From contig JAFTXZ010000003.1 in NCBI GenBank assembly GCA_017461385.1, positions 146,392-210,391 of the forward strand: a DNA stretch of 64,000 nucleotides, in the 5' to 3' direction. Both the position numbers and the translations under genes were made by a program. The stretch is from Clostridia bacterium. Its GTDB lineage: Bacteria; Bacillota; Clostridia; Oscillospirales; CAG-272. The notes below the pieces were generated by a model. The model did no database searches. It was not told the origin of the DNA and worked only from the letters and a program-made list of their open reading frames with translations. This document shows positions 20,155 through 28,279 of the stretch, piece after piece. The first letter of the stretch is position 1, and each line of letters starts with the position of its first letter.

Positions 20155-20445
20155 TTAATTGTTGTGTATTAGGGTTTTTAGTTGATTTGAGAAGCTTTCA
20201 TTGGTTATGCCGAGGACACAAACGCTTCCACTCTTGCCAATAGCACTGCTTACCTCATCTGAGGTATGCTCCGTCATTTCGCATTCGACACCGTAAAACT
20301 TACATTTATCTGTAACTCTTTTGGTGGTATTTTGAGAGGAATTTTGCGTATATATAACCAGCTTTACTTTCCCGCTGGCAAGAGCTTTAGTCACCAGCTC
20401 CGTGCCGATTATAATAGCGCCTGCTTTTCTTGCAAGTCCAAGCAT
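20155..20445 (-). CDS. L7Ae-family ribosomal-protein-like RNA-binding protein (YlxQ-type)
   Basis: MLGLARKAGAIIIG...GKVKLVIYTQ is the L7Ae/L30e fold signature. The internal Met start avoids overlap with the ylxR-like gene. Confidence 0.7.
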   Translation of the reverse strand: MLGLARKAGAIIIGTELVTKALASGKVKLVIYTQNSSQNTTKRVTDKCKFYGVECEMTEHTSDEVSSAIGKSGSVCVLGITNESFSNQLKTLIHNN

Positions 20446-20455
20446 AAATAAAAAT

Positions 20456-20728
20456 CTATTCGTCAATTTGCTCAAGCTCCCTCTGAAGTGCATCATATAG
20501 CTCATCTGGTATTTCTACCTCAAGGCTACGGGATACCCTTTTTGATTTAATTGCCTTTTTTAAGCATTCCTTGCTCTTACAAATATATGCGCCTCTACCG
20601 TTTGCTCTTCCTGTTTTATCAAGAATTACGTTTCCCTCAGGAGTCCTTACAACCCTTGCAAGGTCCCTTTTAGGGAACGAGCACATACATCCAAGGCATT
20701 TACGCAGTGGAACCTTTTTTGCTTCCAT
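20456..20728 (-). CDS. YlxR-family (DUF448) RNA-binding protein
   Basis: LRKCLGC...RDLARVV...GRGAYIC is typical of YlxR between nusA and infB. Confidence 0.75.
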   Translation of the reverse strand: MEAKKVPLRKCLGCMCSFPKRDLARVVRTPEGNVILDKTGRANGRGAYICKSKECLKKAIKSKRVSRSLEVEIPDELYDALQRELEQIDE

Positions 20729-20772
20729 TTTCTAAACCCCCTTTGACAGAATACTGTCAGTTTGGCAAGCGA

Positions 20773-21837
20773 TTACTCGCTCTTAATATCAATCTTACAG
20801 CCTGTTAGTCTTGCAGCAAGACGAGCATTTTGTCCCATCTTACCAATTGCAAGTGAAAGCTGATCTGGTGCAACGATTGCTCTTGTCTGTCTGTCGCCGA
20901 TAAGCTCAACGCTCTTAACGGTTGCAGGAGAAAGCGCGCTCTTAACGTACTCACAAATATCGTCGCTATATGGAATAACGTCAATCTTTTCGCCGTTTAG
21001 CTCATTTACTACAACGGAAATTCTTGAGCCTCTGTTACCGATACAAGCGCCTACTGCATCAACCTCTGGATTTCTTGATTGAACAGAAATCTTTGTTCTT
21101 GAGCCTGCCTCACGGGAAATAGCTCTTACAGTGATTGTGCCGTCAACGATTTCAGGAACCTCAGCCTCAAAAAGTCTTTTTACTAGTGTTGGGTGAATTC
21201 TTGTTAGGCTAACAAGTGGACCCTTACCCTCTGAATTTACCTGTGTTGCAAAAACCTTAATTCTGTCGTCAACCTTGATAACCTCACCAGGAATTTGCTC
21301 CTCCTTTAGAAGAACAGCCTGTGAAATACCAGTATCAACTACTACGTTTCCTGTTGAATCCTCAACCTTAGTTACGATACAGGAGAGCATTTCGCCCTTC
21401 TTATCCTCGTATTCCTTAACCTGATAGCTTCTTTCAGCCTCACGAATGCCTTGAATAATTACCTGCTTCGCACTTTGTGCGCTTAGACGTCTGAAATTCT
21501 TTGTTTGTAGCTCATACTCATAGTCGCTACCGATTGAACGACGGCGTGAGCGTACCTTATGCTTAATGCCGAGTGCCTTTTGTGTCGCCTCAAGCTCCTC
21601 GATTTGCTCCTTTGTGATCTCTGTTGATGGGTCCTCAACCTCAGCAACGATTTTGTACTTACGGTAAACCTTCATATCCTCCTTAACAGGGTCGATAACG
21701 ACTGTTATGTTGGTTGTACCAAGCTCTCTCTTACATGCGGTTGCCATAGCAGCCTCAATTTTTTCAATCATGTAAGCCTTTGGAATGTGACGCTCTTTTT
21801 CAAGAAGGTCAAGTGCCTCAAAAAACTCCTTGTTCAT
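20773..21837 (-). CDS. nusA: Transcription termination/antitermination factor NusA
   Basis: N-terminal domain, S1 domain and two KH domains are recognisable; MNKEFFEALDLLEKE is a typical start; conserved operon position. Confidence 0.9.
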   Translation of the reverse strand: MNKEFFEALDLLEKERHIPKAYMIEKIEAAMATACKRELGTTNITVVIDPVKEDMKVYRKYKIVAEVEDPSTEITKEQIEELEATQKALGIKHKVRSRRRSIGSDYEYELQTKNFRRLSAQSAKQVIIQGIREAERSYQVKEYEDKKGEMLSCIVTKVEDSTGNVVVDTGISQAVLLKEEQIPGEVIKVDDRIKVFATQVNSEGKGPLVSLTRIHPTLVKRLFEAEVPEIVDGTITVRAISREAGSRTKISVQSRNPEVDAVGACIGNRGSRISVVVNELNGEKIDVIPYSDDICEYVKSALSPATVKSVELIGDRQTRAIVAPDQLSLAIGKMGQNARLAARLTGCKIDIKSE

Positions 21838-21882
21838 TTTTGTCTCCTTTTTCTTTTTTATTCAACATATTAAAATAAGCAA

Positions 21883-22344
21883 TTAAAATTCGAAAAACAA
21901 ATTCATTTTCGCAATGTTTTTCCTAGGTATTACAATTTCGCTTTCATCTCTTAGCACGAGGCTTTCCTCGTCATAGCTACGGAGAGTGCCCACTGCTACC
22001 TTACAGCCATCAATCGGTGCATAGAGCTTAATCTCAATAACCTGGTCAATTGCCCAGTCAAGATGCTCATTTGTTCTTATCTCCCTCTCAAGTCCAGGCG
22101 AGGATACCTCAAGCCTGTAAAAGCCCTCGATTGGATCAGCCTCGTCAAGCACAGGGTCAATTGCACGGGACATTTTCTCACAATCCTCAATACCAATGCC
22201 CTCATCAGAATCAATGGTGATTCTCAAAATCCATTCTGTGCCCTCTTTAACGTATTCCACGTCCCACACAGAATAACCAAGCTCACCTGCCACTTTTTCA
22301 ACCATTGGGTAAACCGTTTCCACAACGCTTTTTGATGATTTCAT
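21883..22344 (-). CDS. rimP: Ribosome maturation factor RimP
   Basis: 153 aa, EKVAGELGYSVWDVEY...LEVSSPGLEREI is the RimP signature; lies upstream of nusA. Confidence 0.85.
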   Translation of the reverse strand: MKSSKSVVETVYPMVEKVAGELGYSVWDVEYVKEGTEWILRITIDSDEGIGIEDCEKMSRAIDPVLDEADPIEGFYRLEVSSPGLEREIRTNEHLDWAIDQVIEIKLYAPIDGCKVAVGTLRSYDEESLVLRDESEIVIPRKNIAKMNLFFEF

Positions 22345-22497
22345 TCTGCTCCTCCTAACTATAAAAGAGAGAGTGAACTGTTCTGTCCACTCTCGCCTCG
22401 GTATGAAACTACGGGTATTATAACACGCATTTTTCCAAATTGCAACAGTTTTTTATAAATTTATTAACAAATTAAGTATTAAAATATATAAAATAAT

Positions 22498-22526
22498 ATT
22501 TACAAACGTATTTTTGTGTGCTAAAA
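22498..22526 (+). promoter_or_regulatory. Sigma-A type promoter for the CPBP-cysS transcript
   Basis: TTTACA, 17 nt spacer, TGnTAAAAT extended -10, about 30 nt upstream of the RBS. Confidence 0.5.
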
Positions 22527-22554
22527 TATCTTTAATTCAAGGGGTGGTGATGGA

Positions 22555-23358
22555 ATGAACAAAGCAGGTGGAATAAAGGAAGTGCTTATTTCTCTTTTGA
22601 AATGTGCGCTCTACTTTGGGCTGTGGTATGGAATTTCCACAATCGTTACCTCGGTTGTTACGTCAGCCATTACCGTATCAAATCCCGCCTCCACACCCGG
22701 GGCTATTTTAGAAAAATTTATGCCCTATGCAACAGGCGTCAGCGCCCTGTCGGGAATACTGTTCGTAATTTTATGCTCATTCCTTTACAGGTCAAAGGGC
22801 TACACTCTTTTTGAAAGAACCAGAATAAAGCCAGTTAAGGCTTCGCTTATTTATCACTCAATACTTTTTGGAGCAAGCTTTGTCTTTGTAATAAATTTGA
22901 TGCTTTTTGCACTGGAATACGTGCTTCCTGCCTCTTGGTATACATCCTTTGAGGACAACTCAGTTTTTGGAATGGGCAATCAAATGATAGAAATGCTTTC
23001 CGTTTGCGTGGTTGCTCCTATTTATGAGGAAATTTTATTCCGCGGACTTATTGCAAAGAAGCTTCAGTCCATTATGCCAAGCTGGTTTGCCTTGATTTTA
23101 AGTAGCTTGCTATTCGGTGCGCTACACAACGGTATGATTGGTTTTATTTATGCAACAATTTGTGGTGGAATTATGTGCTTGATTTACTTTAAGACCGGCT
23201 CACTGGTGCCCGGCATTTTATTCCACGTTGCCTTTAATACCACATCTACACTGGTTTCGGGCACTACTATTCCGATATTCGTGTTCGTTTTAACTACGAT
23301 AGTTACTATAGCAGAGCTTATTTATCTATTTATCACATACAGAGGTTTTAAGAAATGA
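22555..23358 (+). CDS. CPBP-family (CAAX protease/Abi) intramembrane metalloprotease
   Basis: Multi-TM protein with EEILFRG (EExxxR) and FGALHN motifs. Confidence 0.75.
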   Translation: MNKAGGIKEVLISLLKCALYFGLWYGISTIVTSVVTSAITVSNPASTPGAILEKFMPYATGVSALSGILFVILCSFLYRSKGYTLFERTRIKPVKASLIYHSILFGASFVFVINLMLFALEYVLPASWYTSFEDNSVFGMGNQMIEMLSVCVVAPIYEEILFRGLIAKKLQSIMPSWFALILSSLLFGALHNGMIGFIYATICGGIMCLIYFKTGSLVPGILFHVAFNTTSTLVSGTTIPIFVFVLTTIVTIAELIYLFITYRGFKK

Positions 23359-24794
23359 AGATTTACAATACACTTACAAAAAAAGTTGATGAATTTATTC
23401 CAAACGAGGCTGGTAAGGTTAAAATGTACACCTGTGGCCCTACCGTTTACCACTTTGCACACATAGGCAATCTTCGCTCCTACATTATGGAGGACGTGCT
23501 TGAAAAGTTTCTTCGCTTTTACGGCTATGACGTTACCCGTGTAATGAACATTACCGACGTTGGCCACCTATCAAGCGATGGCGACACAGGTGAGGACAAA
23601 ATGCTCAAGGGTGCAAAGCGTGAGAAGAAAACCGTTTTGGAAATTGCAGAGTTTTACAAAAACGCCTTTTTTAGTGATTGCAAGAAGCTAAATATCAAGT
23701 ATCCCGATATTGTTGAGCCTGCTACAAATTGTATTGACAGCTTTATCGAAATGGTTCAGGCTCTTATTGAAAAGGACTACGCATATTTTGCAGACGGCAA
23801 CGTTTATTTTGACACCTCTCGCGTGGAAAACTACTATGCTTTGACTGGACACAACCCAGAGGAGCTTATGGTTGGCGTTCGTGAGGACGTAACCGAGGAT
23901 ACCAGTAAGAGAAATAAGAGCGACTTTGTTCTTTGGTTTACTAAATCAAAGTTTGACGATCAGGAGCTTAAATGGAATAGCCCTTGGGGCGTTGGTTATC
24001 CTGGCTGGCATATTGAATGCTCAGCTATTTGTATGAAGCATCTTGGTCAGAGCCTTGATATTCACTGTGGCGGTGTTGATAACATTTTCCCACACCATAC
24101 AAACGAAATTGCTCAAAGCGAGGCATACACAGGCAAAAAATGGTGTAACTACTGGTTCCATGTTCATCATCTAAACGATGAAACAGGAAAAATGAGCAAA
24201 TCAAAGGGAGATTTCCTTACAGTTTCACTTATTGAATCAAAGGGCTACAATCCTCTTGCATATAGATTCTTCTGCTTGCAATCTCACTACAGAAAGCCTC
24301 TTGTGTTCTCTTATCCCGCACTTGATCAGGCGCAGGCCACCTACGAGAAGCTTCTACGCAGAATTGCATCTCTTAAGGACGAGGGCGAGGCTGATATGTC
24401 CTTTGTTAACGAGGCAAGGGCGCAATTTATTGACTCTGTTGGATCCGACCTTAACACTGCCCTTGGTATTACAAGCATTTATAATATTCTTAAGGCTAAG
24501 ACAAGCGACAAGTCAAAGCTTGAAACACTTAAGGAGATTGACAAGGTGCTTTCTCTTGACCTAATTGAGGGTGCTAAGGCCCTTGCTCCACAAAAGGCTG
24601 ACGAGAGCGCTTCACAGGGTGCCGATATTGACCCAGAGCTAAAGGCAAAAATCGAAGCACTTATTGAAGAAAGAGCAAGCGCAAAAAAGGAAAAGAACTT
24701 TGCACGTGCTGACGAAATAAGAGCTCAGCTTACCGAAATGGGAGTTACTATTAAGGACACCCGTGAGGGCACAACATATACAGTAAATCAATAA
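23355..24794 (+). CDS. cysS: Cysteine--tRNA ligase
   Basis: CGPTVYHFAHIGN (HIGH) and KMSKS motifs. The start overlaps the CPBP stop (ATGA). Confidence 0.95.
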   Translation: MKIYNTLTKKVDEFIPNEAGKVKMYTCGPTVYHFAHIGNLRSYIMEDVLEKFLRFYGYDVTRVMNITDVGHLSSDGDTGEDKMLKGAKREKKTVLEIAEFYKNAFFSDCKKLNIKYPDIVEPATNCIDSFIEMVQALIEKDYAYFADGNVYFDTSRVENYYALTGHNPEELMVGVREDVTEDTSKRNKSDFVLWFTKSKFDDQELKWNSPWGVGYPGWHIECSAICMKHLGQSLDIHCGGVDNIFPHHTNEIAQSEAYTGKKWCNYWFHVHHLNDETGKMSKSKGDFLTVSLIESKGYNPLAYRFFCLQSHYRKPLVFSYPALDQAQATYEKLLRRIASLKDEGEADMSFVNEARAQFIDSVGSDLNTALGITSIYNILKAKTSDKSKLETLKEIDKVLSLDLIEGAKALAPQKADESASQGADIDPELKAKIEALIEERASAKKEKNFARADEIRAQLTEMGVTIKDTREGTTYTVNQ

Positions 24795-24854
24795 AAAGCT
24801 AACAAAAAAGAGGTGCTTGCACCTCTTTTTGAAAATTTAGTGAAAGGATATAAA

Positions 24855-25031
24855 ATGCCTAACATCTGTGAATCCTGCGAGTATTACGACTACGACGAGG
24901 AATTTGAAGAATACTACTGCAAAATAAACCTTGACGAGGACGAATATCTTCGCTATATATCAAGTAAAAACCAATCCTGTCCATACTACAAATTTTACGA
25001 CGAATACAAATCTGTACAAAAGCAAAATTAA
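24855..25031 (+). CDS. Small (58 aa) acidic Cys4 protein, possible zinc ribbon
   Basis: MPNICESCEYYDYDEEFEEYYCKINLDEDEYLRYISSKNQSCPYYKFYDEYKSVQKQN. RBS AAGGA lies 7 nt upstream. Its 3' end is the first unit of the 127-bp tandem repeat. Confidence 0.5.
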   Translation: MPNICESCEYYDYDEEFEEYYCKINLDEDEYLRYISSKNQSCPYYKFYDEYKSVQKQN

Positions 25032-25285
25032 CTGCTTTATACTACACCTCATCCGTCTGCCTTGCAGACACCTTCCCCTCCGAACAAAGGGGAAGGCTTT
25101 AACCTGTCCGTACTACAAATTCTACGACGAATACAAATCTGTACAAAAACAAAATTAACTGCTTTATGCTACACCTCATCCGTCTGCCTTGCAGCCACCT
25201 TCCCCTCCGAACAAAGGGGAAGGCTTTAACCTGTCCCTATTACAAATTCTACGACGAATACAAGTCGGTACAGAAGCAAAATTAA
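24978..25285 (+). repeat. 127-bp tandem repeat, 2.4 copies: a 54-nt coding segment (CPYYKFYDEYKSVQKQN plus stop) and a 73-nt spacer carrying the hairpin CCTTCCCC-TCCGAACAAA-GGGGAAGG
   Basis: Units begin at 24978, 25105 and 25232. The period is not a multiple of 3. All nine substitutions in the coding parts are third-position synonymous. Confidence 0.85.
25166..25285 (+). CDS. Possible 39-aa small ORF created inside repeat copy 3 (MLHLIRLPCSHLPLRTKGKALTCPYYKFYDEYKSVQKQN)
   Basis: An A-to-G change in the spacer creates an in-frame ATG at 25166. The C-terminal 17 aa are identical to the upstream small protein despite 6 synonymous changes. No obvious SD. Confidence 0.25.
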   Translation: MLHLIRLPCSHLPLRTKGKALTCPYYKFYDEYKSVQKQN

Positions 25286-25299
25286 ATCACGCAAAGCGT

Positions 25300-25410
25300 G
25301 TATGGAATCGACACAACGCGTCGTATGGAATTACTACCACAGGTAGTGTATGGAATCGACACAACGTGTCGTATGGAATTACTACCACAGGTAGTGTATA
25401 GAATCAACCC
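25300..25410 (+). repeat. 48-bp tandem repeat, 2.3 copies, in the dus leader
   Basis: Unit GTATGGAATCGACACAACGCGTCGTATGGAATTACTACCACAGGTAGT at 25300 and 25348, then a partial third. Each unit contains an internal GTATGGAAT direct repeat. Confidence 0.8.
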
Positions 25411-25440
25411 ATAGGTTGTATGCTTGGAAAGGAGTCAAAA

Positions 25441-26433
25441 ATGGACTTTAAGAATAAAATAGTTTTGGCTCCTATGGCAGGGGTTACGGACTACCCATTC
25501 AGAAAAATAGCAAGGCGCTATGGTGCCGACCTTACTGTGTCAGAGATGATAAGCTCCCGTGCTATGGAGTACAGCGACAAGAAAACTGCAACTCTTATAT
25601 ACACAAAAAATGACGACGTGCCCTATGGCATACAAATCTTTGGTCATGAGCCAAGTGCCATGGCACAAAGCGCATATCTTTTGTCAAGAGGTCTTTACAA
25701 TCCTGAAAATATAGACACTCCTCGTGGCTTTTTAGAGCCACTTCCCTCATATATTGATATAAATATGGGTTGTCCTGTAAAGAAAATCGTTTCCGCAGGA
25801 GACGGAAGTGCCCTTATGAATAACCCTTTGCTGGTTAAGGAGATAGTAACTGCTTGCGTTAAGAGCTCTGCTTTGCCTGTTACTGTAAAAATCCGTGCAG
25901 GCTGGAGCAAAGACAAAATCAACTGCGTAGAGATTGCAAAAATAGTCGAGGGCTGTGGTGCCTCAGCTATTACAATCCACGGACGCACCAAGGAGCAAAT
26001 GTATGAGCCAAGCGCCAACTGGTCATACCTTGAGGCTGTAAAAAAAGCAGTTTCAATCCCTGTTATTGGAAATGGTGATATTTTCACAGGTGATGATGCA
26101 ATCAATATGCTTGACAGAACCGGTGTGGATAGCGTTATGGTGGGCAGAGGCGCTATGGGTAATCCCTTTATTTTTGAGGAAATCAAGTGCAAAATGAACA
26201 AAATTCCGTACACTCCCCCAACAATTCACCAAAGAGTCGAGGTTGCCCTTGAGCAGGTTTCCCTTATGGTTGAGGAAAAGGGCGAAAGAGTTGCAATTTG
26301 CGAGGCTCGAAAGCACCTTTCCTGGTATCTTCGCGGTGTACATGGTGCTGCCCAAGCCCGTGTTCAAATTAACAACGCCACCACCCTTGAGCAGATAAGT
26401 CAAATCTTGAATAATTTTCTACTAAATAGATAA
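25441..26433 (+). CDS. tRNA-dihydrouridine synthase (DusB-like)
   Basis: MDFKNKIVLAPMAGVTDYPFRKIARRYGADL, TIM-barrel Dus motifs; RBS AGGAG before the ATG at 25441. Confidence 0.85.
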   Translation: MDFKNKIVLAPMAGVTDYPFRKIARRYGADLTVSEMISSRAMEYSDKKTATLIYTKNDDVPYGIQIFGHEPSAMAQSAYLLSRGLYNPENIDTPRGFLEPLPSYIDINMGCPVKKIVSAGDGSALMNNPLLVKEIVTACVKSSALPVTVKIRAGWSKDKINCVEIAKIVEGCGASAITIHGRTKEQMYEPSANWSYLEAVKKAVSIPVIGNGDIFTGDDAINMLDRTGVDSVMVGRGAMGNPFIFEEIKCKMNKIPYTPPTIHQRVEVALEQVSLMVEEKGERVAICEARKHLSWYLRGVHGAAQARVQINNATTLEQISQILNNFLLNR

Positions 26434-26460
26434 AAAAAGACGGCGCAGCCGTCTTTTTAA
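26432..26460. terminator. Bidirectional terminator between dus and the LRR gene
   Basis: AAGACGGC-GCA-GCCGTCTT flanked by A and T runs. Confidence 0.75.
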
Positions 26461-27389
26461 TTCTTTCTTTTATTTCCCCAGGTGTAGGTGATTGTGCCAC
26501 AGGACCAGCCCTCGCTCCAGCCCTTTGGCACATCGTCTGCCTCGCAATATGCGTACACGTTGCTTTGCCAAAATACGCAAAAGCCCATATATTCCACACT
26601 TGACGGAATAAAAATTCGCCTTAATTCCTTGCAATACGCAAAGGCATAGTCGTCAATAGTCTTAAGGCTTCTTGGCAAGCGAATGCTCTTTAGCTTTCGA
26701 CAACCAGAAAAAACGTTTCTGCTAAGAGTCTCTAGTCCCTCAGGTAGCTCCACGGAGGCAAGCTCCCCACAGCCTTCAAGCACGCTATCGCCTAAGTACT
26801 TAATTCCCTTTGGTATCTCTATATGCTTTAGCTCAAAGCAATCCTCAAAGGCACCGTCTCCGATTTCAACAAGGGTGTGTGGTAGGCTTATTTCGCAAAC
26901 AGCCCTGCACCCAAAAAAGGCTTGAATTCCTATTTTTTCAAGGTGTGGTGGGAGAATTATCTTTTCAAGCTCCCAACAGGCTGAAAAGGCTCTTTCGCCA
27001 ATTTCCTTAACTCCCTCGGGAATAGTAACTCCTATAAGCTTAAAGCAACAGTAGCAAAGATTGTCTGGTATTTTTTCAATACCCCTGGGCAAAATCAAGT
27101 ATTTTAGCTCCTCACAGCCTAAAAATGCTCCCTCTCCAATATAATTTACTGTGTCGGGCACCTCAATCTCCTCAATTTTTTCACAGCCACGAAATGCATC
27201 CTTGCCAATATACTCAAGCCCATCGGGCAAGCAAGCTCTTTTAAGGCTTGTGCAATCCTTAAAGGCTCCGTCCTCTATCTTCAAAACGCCCTTTGGCAGG
27301 ATTACCTCAACTAGCTCCTCATTTTCTGCAAAATCGCTTGTAATTATTGTTTCACCCTCTAAAACAAGAGCTCCGTTTTCTATTTTCAT
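26457..27389 (-). CDS. BspA-type leucine-rich-repeat protein with no signal peptide
   Basis: Repeated about 23-aa units of the form IxxxAFxxCxxLxxIxIP. Confidence 0.65.
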   Translation of the reverse strand: MKIENGALVLEGETIITSDFAENEELVEVILPKGVLKIEDGAFKDCTSLKRACLPDGLEYIGKDAFRGCEKIEEIEVPDTVNYIGEGAFLGCEELKYLILPRGIEKIPDNLCYCCFKLIGVTIPEGVKEIGERAFSACWELEKIILPPHLEKIGIQAFFGCRAVCEISLPHTLVEIGDGAFEDCFELKHIEIPKGIKYLGDSVLEGCGELASVELPEGLETLSRNVFSGCRKLKSIRLPRSLKTIDDYAFAYCKELRRIFIPSSVEYMGFCVFWQSNVYAYCEADDVPKGWSEGWSCGTITYTWGNKRKN

Positions 27390-27463
27390 AAAATTCTCCT
27401 TACTTAAAACAAGCTTCCCTCTTATTATAGCACACTTGTGTTTTTATGTAAAGACGCGCACAG

Positions 27464-27494
27464 GACAAAAAAATCCTCCGTGTAATCACGGAGG
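27464..27494 (-). terminator. Terminator for mscL
   Basis: TCCTCCGTG-TAAT-CACGGAGGA with a T-run on the minus strand. Confidence 0.7.
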
Positions 27495-27503
27495 AAAATT
27501 TTA

Positions 27504-28127
27504 TTACTTTGTGGACTTATTCTCTGCCAGCAAGTCTCTGATTTGCTTAAGTAGATCCTCGGTTGTTGGATTAGCAAGTCTTTCAGCCTCTGCTGCTTCC
27601 TCAGCTGCCTTAGCCTCTGCCTCAGCTTGAGCCTGAGCCTCTGCTTCCTTCTTTGCAAGGTAAGCTGCAACCGCTTCCTTGTCCTTTTTGTCAATACCGT
27701 TTGCCTTAAGCTCTGCCTTTAGTGCGCGCTTAGCTTCCTTTGCCTTCCTAGCTTCCTCGCCACCCTCTCTTACACCATTAATAATCTTAACGATTGAGAA
27801 AAGAACGAATGCGATGATAAAGAAGTTGATAATAGCGCTGATGAATGAGCCCCAGTCAATGTAAATGGAGCTTGCAAGGTCGATGACATCAGTAGCAGCA
27901 CCGTTTTCATCAAGAACGTATACTGGCGAAAGCACAGTGATAGCGCCACTAAGTCCGTCCTTGCCGATAATCAATGCCAAAACTGCGTTAATGAGTGGCT
28001 TTAGCACGTAGTTGCTGAGTCCGTTTACAATACCTGTGAATGCACCACCAACGATAACGCCGACAGCCATATCAACAACGTTGCCACGGGTAATAAACTT
28101 TTTGAATTCTTCAAAAAACTTTTTCAT
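27504..28127 (-). CDS. mscL: Large-conductance mechanosensitive channel MscL with an unusual about 70-aa Ala/Glu/Lys-rich C-terminal extension
   Basis: FITRGNVVDMAVGVIVGGAFTGIVN is the MscL TM1 signature. 207 aa versus the usual about 130-150 aa. Confidence 0.8.
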   Translation of the reverse strand: MKKFFEEFKKFITRGNVVDMAVGVIVGGAFTGIVNGLSNYVLKPLINAVLALIIGKDGLSGAITVLSPVYVLDENGAATDVIDLASSIYIDWGSFISAIINFFIIAFVLFSIVKIINGVREGGEEARKAKEAKRALKAELKANGIDKKDKEAVAAYLAKKEAEAQAQAEAEAKAAEEAAEAERLANPTTEDLLKQIRDLLAENKSTK

Positions 28128-28279
28128 TGTTTTTCTCCTTTATGTAGTTTTACATAAAAATTATACATTCAAATTAGACACTTGTCAAGAGAAAAGTCGA
28201 ATAATGCTTGATTTTGTCAATTTTATAAAATATAATAATTATAATAATACTGGAATATTACGAAAGGGGAATTTGCAAA

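Noticed and set aside
22350-22420. Hairpin GAGAGTG...CACTCTC downstream of the rimP start region as a terminator
   Set aside because: It is not followed by a T-run, and it lies in the 5' leader of the rimP-nusA-infB operon on the other strand. It is more likely leader structure than a terminator.
24931-25158. 75-aa ORF in the track overlapping the small Cys-rich gene
   Set aside because: The TTG start in the +1 frame is created by the frameshifted 127-bp repeat and there is no RBS. It is treated as a by-product of the repeat. The local peptide-coding segments themselves are discussed separately.
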